Assembly: GCA_963798035.1 (NCBI GenBank)
Contig: CAWCRW010000005.1
Coordinates: 133,227 to 197,226 of the forward strand
Direction of reading: 5' to 3'
From: an uncultured Acidobacteriaceae bacterium
GTDB taxonomy: Bacteria > Acidobacteriota > Terriglobia > Terriglobales > Acidobacteriaceae
DNA length: 64,000 nt
The notes under the pieces are model-generated. The model saw only the letters and a list, made by a program, of their open reading frames with translations. It was not told the DNA's origin and searched no databases. Positions 18,971 to 28,415 of the stretch are shown here, piece by piece (position 1 is the first letter of the stretch; every line of letters starts with the position of its first letter). The position numbers and the translations under genes are program-made.

Positions 18971-20155
18971 ATGATGAGGGAGCATATGCACCGCTTCTCG
19001 CGAGTACTGGCGGCTTGGATTTTCGTTGCATGGATACCGGCGCCTACTCTCGCCGGCGCTTCCACAGAGCCCCACATCAATCGGCCTAAGAATTTTCAGG
19101 AGACCGGATTCCTGAATCGCACCCTCGATTTGCACGGCGTCCTCTATCGCTTTCAGGTGTACCTCCCCGAAGACTGGCGGCGCGACGACCATCGGCAGTG
19201 GCCCATCATTCTGTTCCTCCATGGGCGCGGCGAGCGCGGCGCCGAAGGCATGTGGCAAACCCAGATCGGCCTCCCGGAGGCGGTGCGCGATCATCCCGAA
19301 CGCTGGCCCTTCATCATCGTGATGCCCCAATGTCCGCAGGTCCACTACTGGACCGACCCCGACATGATGGCCATGGCCATGAGCGCCCTCGACCAGGAAA
19401 CCATCGAGTTTCACGCCGACACCGCACGCACCTATCTCACCGGCCTCTCTCTCGGCGGCTACGGCGCATGGGAAATTGCCCGAACGTATCCCAAACGCTG
19501 GGCAGCTATTGCCATCGCGGCCGGTGGCATCTTCTGGAGCTACGCTCCCGAACGCTGGCGCGATGTCGCCACGCTTCCCGCCGAATACGCACGCGCCCTC
19601 GGCCGCACCCCCATCTGGAGCTTTCACGGCAGCGATGACCCCGTCGTCCCGGTGCGCGAAGACGAAATCATGTTCTCCGCGTTCAAAGCCGCTGGCGGCC
19701 ATATGCGCCTGTGGATCTACCAGGGACTCCGCCACGATTGCTGGTTCCGCGCCTTCACTGAGCCCGAACTGCCGCGCTGGCTCCTGCAGCATCGCATCGA
19801 CCCACGCCAGGAGCCGCCCGCGTTCGCCGAGCGCCTCGTGATTCCGCTCCATCCGCCGGCACTGCGCCTCACTCCCGCCCAGCTCGACAGCTTCACCGGC
19901 GACTACCTCGATGAACACGGAGCCCTCGAGGTCACCCTCTTTCGCCAGGGCGACCAGCTCTACCAGAAAAACGTCCATAGCGAGATCGTCGAGCTCGCCG
20001 CCGAATCGCTATCCACCCTCTTCTATCCCAACGGCATCAGCCTCACTCGCATCTCCGTTGACCGGGACCCCCAGGGCCGCGTCACCGCCCTCACCCTCCG
20101 CGACGACCGCCACGAGGAGCATTGGGAAAAACGACCCGCTTCGTTCTTGCGCTGA
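18971..20155 (+). CDS. Secreted alpha/beta-hydrolase (esterase/peptidase-like) with an extra C-terminal domain
   Basis: LFLHGRGERG, GLSLGG nucleophile elbow, HGSDDPVVP (Asp), GLRHDCW (His); signal peptide. Confidence 0.85.
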   Translation: MMREHMHRFSRVLAAWIFVAWIPAPTLAGASTEPHINRPKNFQETGFLNRTLDLHGVLYRFQVYLPEDWRRDDHRQWPIILFLHGRGERGAEGMWQTQIGLPEAVRDHPERWPFIIVMPQCPQVHYWTDPDMMAMAMSALDQETIEFHADTARTYLTGLSLGGYGAWEIARTYPKRWAAIAIAAGGIFWSYAPERWRDVATLPAEYARALGRTPIWSFHGSDDPVVPVREDEIMFSAFKAAGGHMRLWIYQGLRHDCWFRAFTEPELPRWLLQHRIDPRQEPPAFAERLVIPLHPPALRLTPAQLDSFTGDYLDEHGALEVTLFRQGDQLYQKNVHSEIVELAAESLSTLFYPNGISLTRISVDRDPQGRVTALTLRDDRHEEHWEKRPASFLR

Positions 20156-20249
20156 TGCCGCCTTTCGCCGGCAGGTCTAACATCTTTCTGGAACGAAGCG
20201 CGTGCCTCATTCGTATCTATAGTCAGTACGGATTTTGACGGAGGCAACC

Positions 20250-20750
20250 ATGTTTTGCAGCGCGTGTGGTCAGGCTTTGGTGCCGGGGCAGCCCGTCTGC
20301 CCTCAGTGCGGGCGTCCTGCGGCAGTCACCGTCCCCCCCGTTCCCAACTTCGGTTTCCAGCTCCAGAACTACTCCAGCCGCGTGCGAGCCCTGAGCATCG
20401 TCTGGTTCATCTATGGCGGCCTTTCTCTCGTGCTCGGATTCATCGGCCTCACCTTTGCCAGCTCCTTCCTGCACGGTGGGTTCGGCCCCTGGTCCCACGG
20501 CTCCCTCGGGCCTGGTTGGTGGTTTGGCCCCATGCTTCTGCGCTTTGGCTGGTCGATCGTGATCGTCCGCTCCGCCCTGGCTCTACTCGCCGGCTGGGGA
20601 CTCATGGAACGCACCCAGTGGGGCCGCGTGGTCGCCGTTGTCGCCGCGTGCATCTCCCTCATCCGCATTCCCATCGGCACAGCTCTCGGCATCTGGACAC
20701 TGGTCACTCTGCTCGGCTACCGCAACTCCACCCTCTACGACCAGCTCTGA
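20250..20750 (+). CDS. Zinc-ribbon plus multi-TM membrane protein
   Basis: GGAGG RBS; MFCSACG...CPQCG ribbon, then three to four TM helices. Confidence 0.8.
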   Translation: MFCSACGQALVPGQPVCPQCGRPAAVTVPPVPNFGFQLQNYSSRVRALSIVWFIYGGLSLVLGFIGLTFASSFLHGGFGPWSHGSLGPGWWFGPMLLRFGWSIVIVRSALALLAGWGLMERTQWGRVVAVVAACISLIRIPIGTALGIWTLVTLLGYRNSTLYDQL

Positions 20751-20781
20751 CCCCGACCCCTGCGCCCTGACCCCGACCCCT
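20747..20781. repeat. 15-bp direct repeat CTGACCCCGACCCCT, two copies
   Basis: Copies at 20747-20761 and 20767-20781. Confidence 0.75.
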
Positions 20782-20786
20782 CTACT

Positions 20787-20903
20787 TGTCCTCCTGAGCA
20801 GCAAGGGCCCCCACGCAGTGCAATTCAAATCAAGGCTTGGCCTCCTGAAGCGGAGCAGCTTGGGGCCCCACGCAGTGGGGTAAGCGCAGCGAAGGATCTG
20901 CTT
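20787..20903. repeat. REP-like palindromic element, copy A
   Basis: TGTCCTCCTGAGC...GCAGCTTGGGGCCCCACGCAGTGGGGTAAGCGCAGCGAAGGATCTGCTT; related copy at 34715-34789. Confidence 0.7.
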
Positions 20904-20948
20904 CTGCTCCGACCTGACCCCCGTCCCCTGTTCCCCTACAATGGACCC

Positions 20949-21935
20949 ATGAGCTTTCCGCAAAATCGCATGCGGCGTCTCCGCCGGACCGAGTCTCTAC
21001 GCGCATTGGTCCGCGAAACCGCGCTCGATCCCGGCGACCTGATCTACCCCCTCTTTATCTGCCCCGGTCAGGGCGTGCGCAATGCGGTCAGCTCCATGCC
21101 CGGCGTCTTCAACCTCTCCGTAGACGAAGCCCTGCGCGAAGCCGAAGAAGCCGCGCGTCTCGGTCTCGGCGGCCTCCTGCTTTTCGGCCTTCCCGATACG
21201 AAAGACGAAAAAGCCACCGGCGCCTGGGATAACGACGGAATCGTGCAGCAGGCCCTGCGCGCCCTCAAGAAATCCAGCGCGTCCCAAAAGCTCGTTCTCA
21301 TCGCCGACGTCTGCCTCTGCGAATACACCAGCCACGGCCATTGCGGCGTGGTGGTCAAAACTGCAGACGGCTTCGAAGTCGACAACGATCCCTCCCTCGA
21401 CCTCATTGCCCGCACCGCCACCAGCCTTGCCCGCGCCGGCGCCGACATCGTCGCGCCCAGCGACATGATGGATGGCCGCGTCGACGCCATCCGCCAGCAC
21501 CTCGACAAGAATGGCCTGGCCAACACACCCATCCTCAGCTATGCATCGAAATTCGCCTCTGCCTTCTACGGCCCGTTCCGCGAAGCAGCCGACTCCGCAC
21601 CCCAGTTCGGGGATCGCAAAACCTACCAGATGGACGGCGCGAATCTCCGCGAAGCCCTCCGCGAGATCGAACTCGACCTCGAAGAAGGCGCCGACATGAT
21701 CCTCATGAAGCCCGCCATGCCCTATCTCGACGTGATCCTTGCCGCGCGCGAGCGCGTCGACGTACCCATCGGGGCTTACCAGGTCTCCGGCGAATACTCC
21801 ATGCTGCATGCCGCCTTCGACAAAGGCTGGCTCGAACGCGACCGCACGATTCTCGAGTCCCTGACCGGCATTCGCCGCGCCGGCGCCGACTTCATCGTCA
21901 CCTACTTCGCCAAAGACGCCGCGCGCCTGCTCTAG
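20949..21935 (+). CDS. hemB: Porphobilinogen synthase (Zn-type)
   Basis: [14 protein letters not shown] Zn site; [17 protein letters not shown] and YQVSGEY motifs. Confidence 0.97.
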   Translation: MSFPQNRMRRLRRTESLRALVRETALDPGDLIYPLFICPGQGVRNAVSSMPGVFNLSVDEALREAEEAARLGLGGLLLFGLPDTKDEKATGAWDNDGIVQQALRALKKSSASQKLVLIADVCLCEYTSHGHCGVVVKTADGFEVDNDPSLDLIARTATSLARAGADIVAPSDMMDGRVDAIRQHLDKNGLANTPILSYASKFASAFYGPFREAADSAPQFGDRKTYQMDGANLREALREIELDLEEGADMILMKPAMPYLDVILAARERVDVPIGAYQVSGEYSMLHAAFDKGWLERDRTILESLTGIRRAGADFIVTYFAKDAARLL

Positions 21936-22043
21936 CCGCGACCCCGACGGCCCCCAACACCCCAACCACACGTAGGTTCCGATGCATCCTGCGGCTTTCT
22001 CTTCTGTACCATGAAAAATACCGGCGCGTGAGAACCGTAAACA

Positions 22044-23279
22044 ATGAATACTCTCGAAATCCTGAGTATGTTGTTCGCGACCGCCGCGGTTTTTGGCTGG
22101 ATCAGTTCCCGTTGGCTCAAGCTCCCCATCACCATCGGCACCATGCTGCTCACCTTGCTCGTTTCTGCAGTCCTTACACTGCTCGCCGGCAGGTTCCCGG
22201 CTATCCAAGAGTGGGCTGCGGCGCTCATGCAACAGGTGAACTTCGAAAACCTGATCCTGCACGGCATGTTGCCCCTGCTCTTGTTTGCCGGCGCCTTCCT
22301 GCTCGACCTCGACCAGCTGGCTCGAGAAAAACTACCCATTGCCCTTTTTTCCCTGGCCGGCACTGTCCTCTGTTTCCTGCTGGTCGCCGCGCTCATGCGC
22401 ATCTGCAGCATCGGTCACATTCCGTGGATCGAATGCCTTCTCTTTGGCGCGCTCCTCTCGCCCACCGATCCCATCGCCGTCCTCGAGATGCTGCGCCGTG
22501 TCGGTGTCCCCAAAAAAATCCAGGCACAGCTGGCCGGTGAGTCGCTCTTCAACGACGGCATCGGCGCCGTCCTCTTCATCACCATGATCGAGGTCGCGCG
22601 AGGCCACGCGCCCACTCCCTTACACATTGCCGGTTTGCTTCTCGCCAAGGCGGGCGGCGCAATCCTGCTGGGACTCGTCGCGGCGCGCCTCACTTCGGAG
22701 TTCATGCGCTGGGTCGATGCGTATCAGGTCGATATCCTGTTCACCGTTGCTTTGGCCATCGGCGGTTACGCACTCGCCGAAATCCTGCATCTTTCCGCTC
22801 CCCTCGAGGCCGTCGTCGCCGGCATCGCTCTGCGCCACTTCAACCGCGGCCTCTCCCGCGAGCGAATCGCCCACAAAAGTGTCGACGGCTTCTGGGCCGT
22901 CATCGACGAAGTGCAGAATTGTGTCCTGTTCGTGCTGCTCGGCCTCGAAACCATGGCCATTTCACTGAATGCTACGTCCGTGCGCGCCGGTGTTGCAGCC
23001 ATCGTTGCCGTCAACCTCGTTCGTTTCGCAGTCGTCGTCGCCCTGCTCACCATGCTCCGCATCTGCCTGCGCAGCGAACGCGGCTCCACGTTTGTGCTCA
23101 CTTGGGGAGGCTTGCGCGGTGGCCTCTCCATCGCCCTCGCGCTCTCCGTGCCCGCGGCGTACGGCCGCTCCTGGATGCTCGGCGCAACCTACCTCGTCGT
23201 GGTCTTTTCCATCGTGATCCAGGGCGGTTCGATGGATTGGATCCTGCGCCGCCGCGCACACAAACCGCTCGTCTCATAA
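22044..23279 (+). CDS. CPA1-family Na+/H+ antiporter (NhaP-like)
   Basis: SPTDPIAV, GESLFNDG and WGGLRGGLSIALAL motifs. Confidence 0.92.
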   Translation: MNTLEILSMLFATAAVFGWISSRWLKLPITIGTMLLTLLVSAVLTLLAGRFPAIQEWAAALMQQVNFENLILHGMLPLLLFAGAFLLDLDQLAREKLPIALFSLAGTVLCFLLVAALMRICSIGHIPWIECLLFGALLSPTDPIAVLEMLRRVGVPKKIQAQLAGESLFNDGIGAVLFITMIEVARGHAPTPLHIAGLLLAKAGGAILLGLVAARLTSEFMRWVDAYQVDILFTVALAIGGYALAEILHLSAPLEAVVAGIALRHFNRGLSRERIAHKSVDGFWAVIDEVQNCVLFVLLGLETMAISLNATSVRAGVAAIVAVNLVRFAVVVALLTMLRICLRSERGSTFVLTWGGLRGGLSIALALSVPAAYGRSWMLGATYLVVVFSIVIQGGSMDWILRRRAHKPLVS

Positions 23280-23289
23280 ACCGCACCGC

Positions 23290-23481
23290 GATGCCGCTGT
23301 TCTTGCCATTCATGACGAACAGATTTCGGAACACGGCGGAATAGCTGGAGTCCGCGACCTTGCCATCATTGACTCTGCACTCGCCCGGCCGCGCAATCTT
23401 TTGGCGTACCGAAACCCCGACGCTGCTGCGCTCGCCGCTGCTTACCCATTCGGACTATGCAGTAATCATGAAACACCGTGA
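23290..23481 (+). pseudogene. Doc/Fic (death-on-curing) toxin fragment
   Basis: Hand translation: AVLAIHDEQISEHGGIAGVRDLAIIDSALARPRNLLAYRNPDAAALAAAYPFGLCSNH-ETP*. This is a Doc N-terminal core with no start codon that ends at the His of the HPFxDGNKR motif. Confidence 0.8.
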
Positions 23482-23572
23482 AGGCACGACCACCGCCGAA
23501 GCCTTCCCGAGCTCAACCGCACAAATTCCTTTGCGCAGCGGCCACTCTATGTTTTTCTAGTTGCACCCGCCT

Positions 23573-24880
23573 ATGCTCAAAGCCCTCGAACGCTATTTTG
23601 AATTCACTCATCTGGGAACCAATTGGCGCACCGAGATCCTGGCCGGAGTCACAACCTTCCTGACCATGGCCTACATCGTGCTCGTCAATCCCGCCATCCT
23701 CGCGGCGGCCGGCGTTCCTCTTCCCGCAGTTACCGCCGCCACCTGCCTCTCCGCCGCCTTCGGCTCCATCCTGATGGGCATCATCGCGCGCTATCCCATC
23801 GCCCTCGCCCCCGGCATGGGCCTCAATGCGTACTTCACCTACACCGTCTGCCTCAAAATGCACATCCCCTGGCAGACCGCACTCGGCGCAGTGTTTCTCT
23901 CCGGCGTCATCTTCCTCGCCCTCACCGCTGCCGGCATCCGCCAGATGATCCTGCGCTCCATCCCCCATGAACTCTACGCCGCCGTCGCCAGCGGCATCGG
24001 CCTCTTCATCGCCTTCATCGGATTTCGCAATGCCGGTCTCGTGGTCAGCGATCCTGCCACCCTCGTCGGCCTCGGCAACATTCGCAACCCCACCGCCGCC
24101 CTCGCGCTCCTCGGCCTCATCCTCATGGTCGCGCTTGAAATCCGGAAAGTCCGCGGCTCCATCCTCATCGGCGTTCTCGTCGTCACCGGCATTGCCTGGG
24201 CCTTCGGCCTCGTCCACTGGACGCCCACCAGCGGCGGCTTTCACGCCCTCACCGAGACCGCTTTCAAACTCGACATCCGCGGCGCCCTCAGCAAAGGCCT
24301 TCTCGAAATCATCTTCGTCTTCTTCTTCGTCGACCTCTTCGATAACCTCGGAACCCTCGTCGCCGTCACCAAGCGCGCCGGCCTCATCGCCGCCGATCAC
24401 TCCATTCCTCGTCTCAACCGCATCCTGCTCGCCGATGCCACCGCCACCGTCTTCGGTTCCCTGGTCGGCACTTCCACAGTCACCAGTTATGTCGAATCAA
24501 CAGCCGGCGTCGCTGCCGGCGGACGCTCCGGCGTCACCGCCATCGTCACCGGCCTGCTCTTCCTCGCCGCCGTCGGCGCCGCTCCCTTCGTCGGAGTCGT
24601 CCCCTCCGCGGCCACTGCGCCGGCGTTAATTCTGGTCGGCTCCCTCATGCTCGCCACCATCACCGAAATTCGCTGGCACGAGCCGCTCGTCGCCGTTCCC
24701 GCCTTCCTCACCCTCATCCTGATCCCCCTCACCTACTCCATCGCCAACGGACTCGGCTTCGGCATCATCGCCTGGGCCGTCCTCCATCTCGCCACCGGCA
24801 ATGCCCGCAAACAGGACTGGCTCCTCTACATCCTCGCCGTCCTCTTCCTCTTCCGCTTCATCTACCTCGGCGCCAGCTAA
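23573..24880 (+). CDS. NCS2/AzgA-family nucleobase permease
   Basis: EILAGVTTFLTMAYI, APGMGLNAYF, YVESTAGVAAGGRSG and LTYSIANG motifs. Confidence 0.93.
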   Translation: MLKALERYFEFTHLGTNWRTEILAGVTTFLTMAYIVLVNPAILAAAGVPLPAVTAATCLSAAFGSILMGIIARYPIALAPGMGLNAYFTYTVCLKMHIPWQTALGAVFLSGVIFLALTAAGIRQMILRSIPHELYAAVASGIGLFIAFIGFRNAGLVVSDPATLVGLGNIRNPTAALALLGLILMVALEIRKVRGSILIGVLVVTGIAWAFGLVHWTPTSGGFHALTETAFKLDIRGALSKGLLEIIFVFFFVDLFDNLGTLVAVTKRAGLIAADHSIPRLNRILLADATATVFGSLVGTSTVTSYVESTAGVAAGGRSGVTAIVTGLLFLAAVGAAPFVGVVPSAATAPALILVGSLMLATITEIRWHEPLVAVPAFLTLILIPLTYSIANGLGFGIIAWAVLHLATGNARKQDWLLYILAVLFLFRFIYLGAS

Positions 24881-25116
24881 CCGCAAAAGGGCCCGTCCTA
24901 TCCCCAGCGGAGCGACTTGGTCCGAGTCCCCGACGACACGTCCTGGTCGCTGGTGTACTGCCACCGCGGATGGTTGGTCGGGATGAGTTGTATGAGCCGC
25001 CGAACTCAGGTGTAACTCATCCCTCCCTCGTTGAACGTCCGCCCGAATTGCCGCAGACTCCTTTCATGACAGGGCGCAAGCAGCCTGAGGCGCCCAATCG
25101 AATAGCAGGATTTCCC

Positions 25117-25320
25117 ATGAAAACGAAAATGACACGCGCGCTTGCTTCTTCGATCTTTGCCCTTACGCTCTCGGCGTTTCCCCACCATGCCGCAGCCAGC
25201 TCAACCACCAACCCATCGGCTGCGGACAGCCAAATCGTCCGGAAGTCTGGTGGCACCAATCTCCTCTACGTCCAGGTAGTACTGGCTACCGACATCCTGT
25301 TCTCGACGCTGCTGCCTTAG
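25117..25320 (+). CDS. Small secreted peptide (67 aa)
   Basis: AGGA RBS; basic N-terminus, hydrophobic core, AAA cleavage-like site, SGGTN motif, hydrophobic tail. Confidence 0.55.
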   Translation: MKTKMTRALASSIFALTLSAFPHHAAASSTTNPSAADSQIVRKSGGTNLLYVQVVLATDILFSTLLP

Positions 25321-25520
25321 GAGCACCGTACCGATCGCAAAAGAGTGCGTGCCGGCTTTCAATGACGCTGCACTTGAAACTCTTCACCGCGTCAACCGCC
25401 GGAGCGCGACCCGGGCCGCGCCAATCCCTAACATCCGAGAGCCTGCGGGCCAGGGACAAATGCGGGCCATTCCGCGGCAAGAGCGTGGATGCCGTGCAAT
25501 ATTTTCGCGAGGTGAACCGA

Positions 25521-25901
25521 ATGAAAAGACGCCGATGGGCTCTGTGCGCTTTCCTTTTTCTATTCGGAGGGTTCGCTCTTCTGAATGGCTTGAATAACCC
25601 GCGCCTTAACAATCTTCATGGGGCGGACAGACTTCAGCTCATCGCCTCGGGCTTGTGCTTGGGGGTGGGACTCGGCGTGCTGCTTGGGGGACGAAAGTTT
25701 CTTGGGGAGTCGCACGGGCTGACCAGGCCTTGCAACGCGCTCCCAGTCATAGCGCTCCCAACCGAAGAGCACCTGGTTTGGCGCGTCATCGCCAAAGACA
25801 CGTTTCGAGATCAGTGCCAACGAAAGTCTATGAATTCCGGGTTCTGGTGGGATGACCCTCGATGCGGAAATACGCGCCGGCGAACGCCTAGATCGTCCTA
25901 G
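25521..25901 (+). CDS. Small two-TM hypothetical protein; the C-terminal tail may be read-through
   Basis: GAGGTGA RBS; MKRRRW followed by two TM helices; the tail after GRKFLGE is non-hydrophobic and low-confidence. Confidence 0.5.
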   Translation: MKRRRWALCAFLFLFGGFALLNGLNNPRLNNLHGADRLQLIASGLCLGVGLGVLLGGRKFLGESHGLTRPCNALPVIALPTEEHLVWRVIAKDTFRDQCQRKSMNSGFWWDDPRCGNTRRRTPRSS

Positions 25902-25955
25902 TATCGCAAGAGTAATTGCCGAATTGGCCACGACACTGCCGTGACGTTTGCACGC

Positions 25956-28415
25956 TCACTCGGTCCGCAATGCTTGCATCGGCTCAACCGACGCTGCGCG
26001 CCTCGCCGGCGCCAGAGCCGCGGATGCTCCAACTACCGTCATCGCCGCAATGGATATGACGAAACTTCCCGGATCGAACGGCGACATCTGGTACAGCATC
26101 GACGTGAGTTGTTTTGCAGCAAAATAGGTCAGGGGAATGCCTGCGGCGATTCCCGCCAACAGTACCCAGAAACTCTCACCTAGCACCATGGCTAGCATCT
26201 GCATGCGGCTTGCGCCCAGCGCCATGCGCACGCCAATCTCGTTCGTGCGCCGGCTCACGCGGAATGAGTGCATTCCATAAAGCCCGGTCGCCACCAGCAG
26301 AGCTGCCAGCAGCCCGAAGAACCCACCCATCGCGGCGAACATTCGCTGTTGCTCATAGGATTTCTCGAATTGATCCTGCTGCGTCATGGGTTGCTCAAGC
26401 GGCACATCAGGATAAAGTCCGGCAACGAGCTTCCGCATCTCGGGCACCAACGCCGCGGCGTTACCCTGCGCGCGCAGTTCAATACTCATCGTGCCCAGCG
26501 AGTCATCCTGCATCGCTGCGGTAAAGGCCATCGGACGCGGAGTTTCGTCCACCGACCGGTATTTGCTGTCGGCTACGACGCCCACAATGGTCGCTGGATT
26601 GTCTTTCCAGATCTGATGTCCGATCGGATTCGTGTGCGCAAAGTAGCGCGTCGCCATGGTCTCGTTTACTACCACAACGCGCTGCGTTCCCTTGACATCA
26701 CGCTGACCAACGTCGCGCCCGGCAAGAATCGGCGCGCCTAGCGTCCTGAAGAAATCCGGACCGACGGCGTTCCAGCGGAGGTTTCCGCCGTTCTGGAGCA
26801 CTCCGTCGATGATGAGCACGTCATTGTTGCTCCATCCCGACCCAGGCCGGTTCGACGCCATGGACACGGACTCGACTCCAGGTGTCTGACGAATATGTTC
26901 GAGCAAGTTGCGATAGAAGAAATGGGTGTCGGTCCGCCCCTGCGGCGCAACGCCAAATGCGAGGACGCTTTGGGCCTGTATGCCAAGGTTCTCTGTGGCG
27001 TAGTTGTGCAAGGTCCGCAGCAGCAAGCTTGCGGCCATCAGCAGAACCAGCGACACAGCAACCTGAGCAGCGAGCACGATTTGGCCGCCGAACACTCGCC
27101 CACGCGTAGCCGTAGCGTTCGATGTATTCGCGCGCAACACTCCGGCAACCGGCGCATTCACCGCACTCCACAGAGGCGCAAGCCCGAACGCCAGCGCCGC
27201 CGCGCAGGAGACGGCCAGCGTGAACAGCAGTACAGTGCGGTCGGGGCTGAGCCCGGTCTCGATTTCAGACCAGGCCGCCAGCGCCTTCGTGGCCAGGAGT
27301 GCAAACAGCCAGCCAAGCAATGCTCCCGCGGTGACCAGCAATACGCTCTCAGCCAGTAGCTGGCGCAGGATCGTCGCTTTTGTCGCGCCGATGGCCATTC
27401 TCAAGCTGAACTGGCGCTGGCGCCCCGCATTCCGCGCCTGCACCATCATCGCAACGTTGGTGCACGCGATCAGCAGCACCATCGCCACTAGAGCCATCAG
27501 GATGCGCACCGGCTCGCGATAAGAATCGTTATAACCGGCGATGCCACGCGCCGGCACGAAATCGAGCAGCGGCTTCCACACCTTGGGGTCGATCTTGCCC
27601 AACGACTGAGTGGCGACTTCGCCGAAGGCGCCAGCCAGCGCCTGACCAGCCTGTTGGGGCGTCACGCCGCTTTTGAGCCGCGCCATCATCCGCAGGCACC
27701 ACCACCGCGGCGCGTCGTAAAGGGTTTCGTCTTTGTCTGTAGTGCCCCAGGCGTTCAGCTCCGGCCGGTTTTGCAGCGGGATCCAGAAATCGGTGGATGT
27801 GGCCGGCTCGATGCCCTTGAATCCATGTGCGGTGATGCCCACGATGGTGAGAGGCACGCCTCGCACGTAAAGCGTCTGTCCGAGCACCCCTGGATCGCGG
27901 GCAAAACGCCGTGTCCAATAGTCGTAGCTGATGACCGCGATCGGTGCGTGGGCCTTCTCATCGTCAAAAGAGAAACCCCGTCCGCGCTCGATGCGGGCGC
28001 CCAGTCCGGAAAAGAAGTTGCCACTCACCTCATCGCCTTCTGCATCCTCGGGCATCTCGCCATAACGGACGGGCACGTTTCCGGTAAAGCTCAACGGCGC
28101 ATAACCGATCAGTTCCTCGAAGACGTCGCTGCGCAGGCGGAGGGCCTCGAATGTCGGTTCTGAGAACGAGGTATCGCCGTCGCCCGTATTCCAGCCTCCC
28201 GGCGGCTGGTTTTCCCCGCCGCCAATATGAACGTAGGAGAGTCCCTGAGGCCGGCTCACCGGCAGCAGTTGCATCAGGACAGCGTTCATTACGCTGAAGA
28301 CGGCCGTGTTGGCTCCGATGCCCAGCGCCAGCATCAGCACCACGATCAGAGAGAACCCCGGCGAATTGCGGATCTGGCGAAGTGCGTAGCGAAGATCGCG
28401 AACGAAGTTCCTCAT
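25956..28415 (-). CDS. ADOP-type duplicated MacB/FtsX ABC permease
   Basis: RDLRYALRQ--NSPGF, LALGIGANTA, LLIACTNVA, two permease/periplasmic halves, RRTNEIGVRMALGA, A--VEPMQALRTE; GGAGG RBS before ATG 28415; no ATPase gene nearby. Confidence 0.93.
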   Translation of the reverse strand: MRNFVRDLRYALRQIRNSPGFSLIVVLMLALGIGANTAVFSVMNAVLMQLLPVSRPQGLSYVHIGGGENQPPGGWNTGDGDTSFSEPTFEALRLRSDVFEELIGYAPLSFTGNVPVRYGEMPEDAEGDEVSGNFFSGLGARIERGRGFSFDDEKAHAPIAVISYDYWTRRFARDPGVLGQTLYVRGVPLTIVGITAHGFKGIEPATSTDFWIPLQNRPELNAWGTTDKDETLYDAPRWWCLRMMARLKSGVTPQQAGQALAGAFGEVATQSLGKIDPKVWKPLLDFVPARGIAGYNDSYREPVRILMALVAMVLLIACTNVAMMVQARNAGRQRQFSLRMAIGATKATILRQLLAESVLLVTAGALLGWLFALLATKALAAWSEIETGLSPDRTVLLFTLAVSCAAALAFGLAPLWSAVNAPVAGVLRANTSNATATRGRVFGGQIVLAAQVAVSLVLLMAASLLLRTLHNYATENLGIQAQSVLAFGVAPQGRTDTHFFYRNLLEHIRQTPGVESVSMASNRPGSGWSNNDVLIIDGVLQNGGNLRWNAVGPDFFRTLGAPILAGRDVGQRDVKGTQRVVVVNETMATRYFAHTNPIGHQIWKDNPATIVGVVADSKYRSVDETPRPMAFTAAMQDDSLGTMSIELRAQGNAAALVPEMRKLVAGLYPDVPLEQPMTQQDQFEKSYEQQRMFAAMGGFFGLLAALLVATGLYGMHSFRVSRRTNEIGVRMALGASRMQMLAMVLGESFWVLLAGIAAGIPLTYFAAKQLTSMLYQMSPFDPGSFVISIAAMTVVGASAALAPARRAASVEPMQALRTE

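Noticed and set aside
23482-23572. Purine riboswitch before the NCS2 permease
   Set aside because: No recognisable aptamer core or terminator; the region directly follows the Doc remnant.
25069-25095. SRP RNA helix-8 look-alike (CAGG...GCAA...GCAGC)
   Set aside because: The stem next to the tetraloop is too short, the AGCA internal loop does not form, and there is no long enclosing helix.
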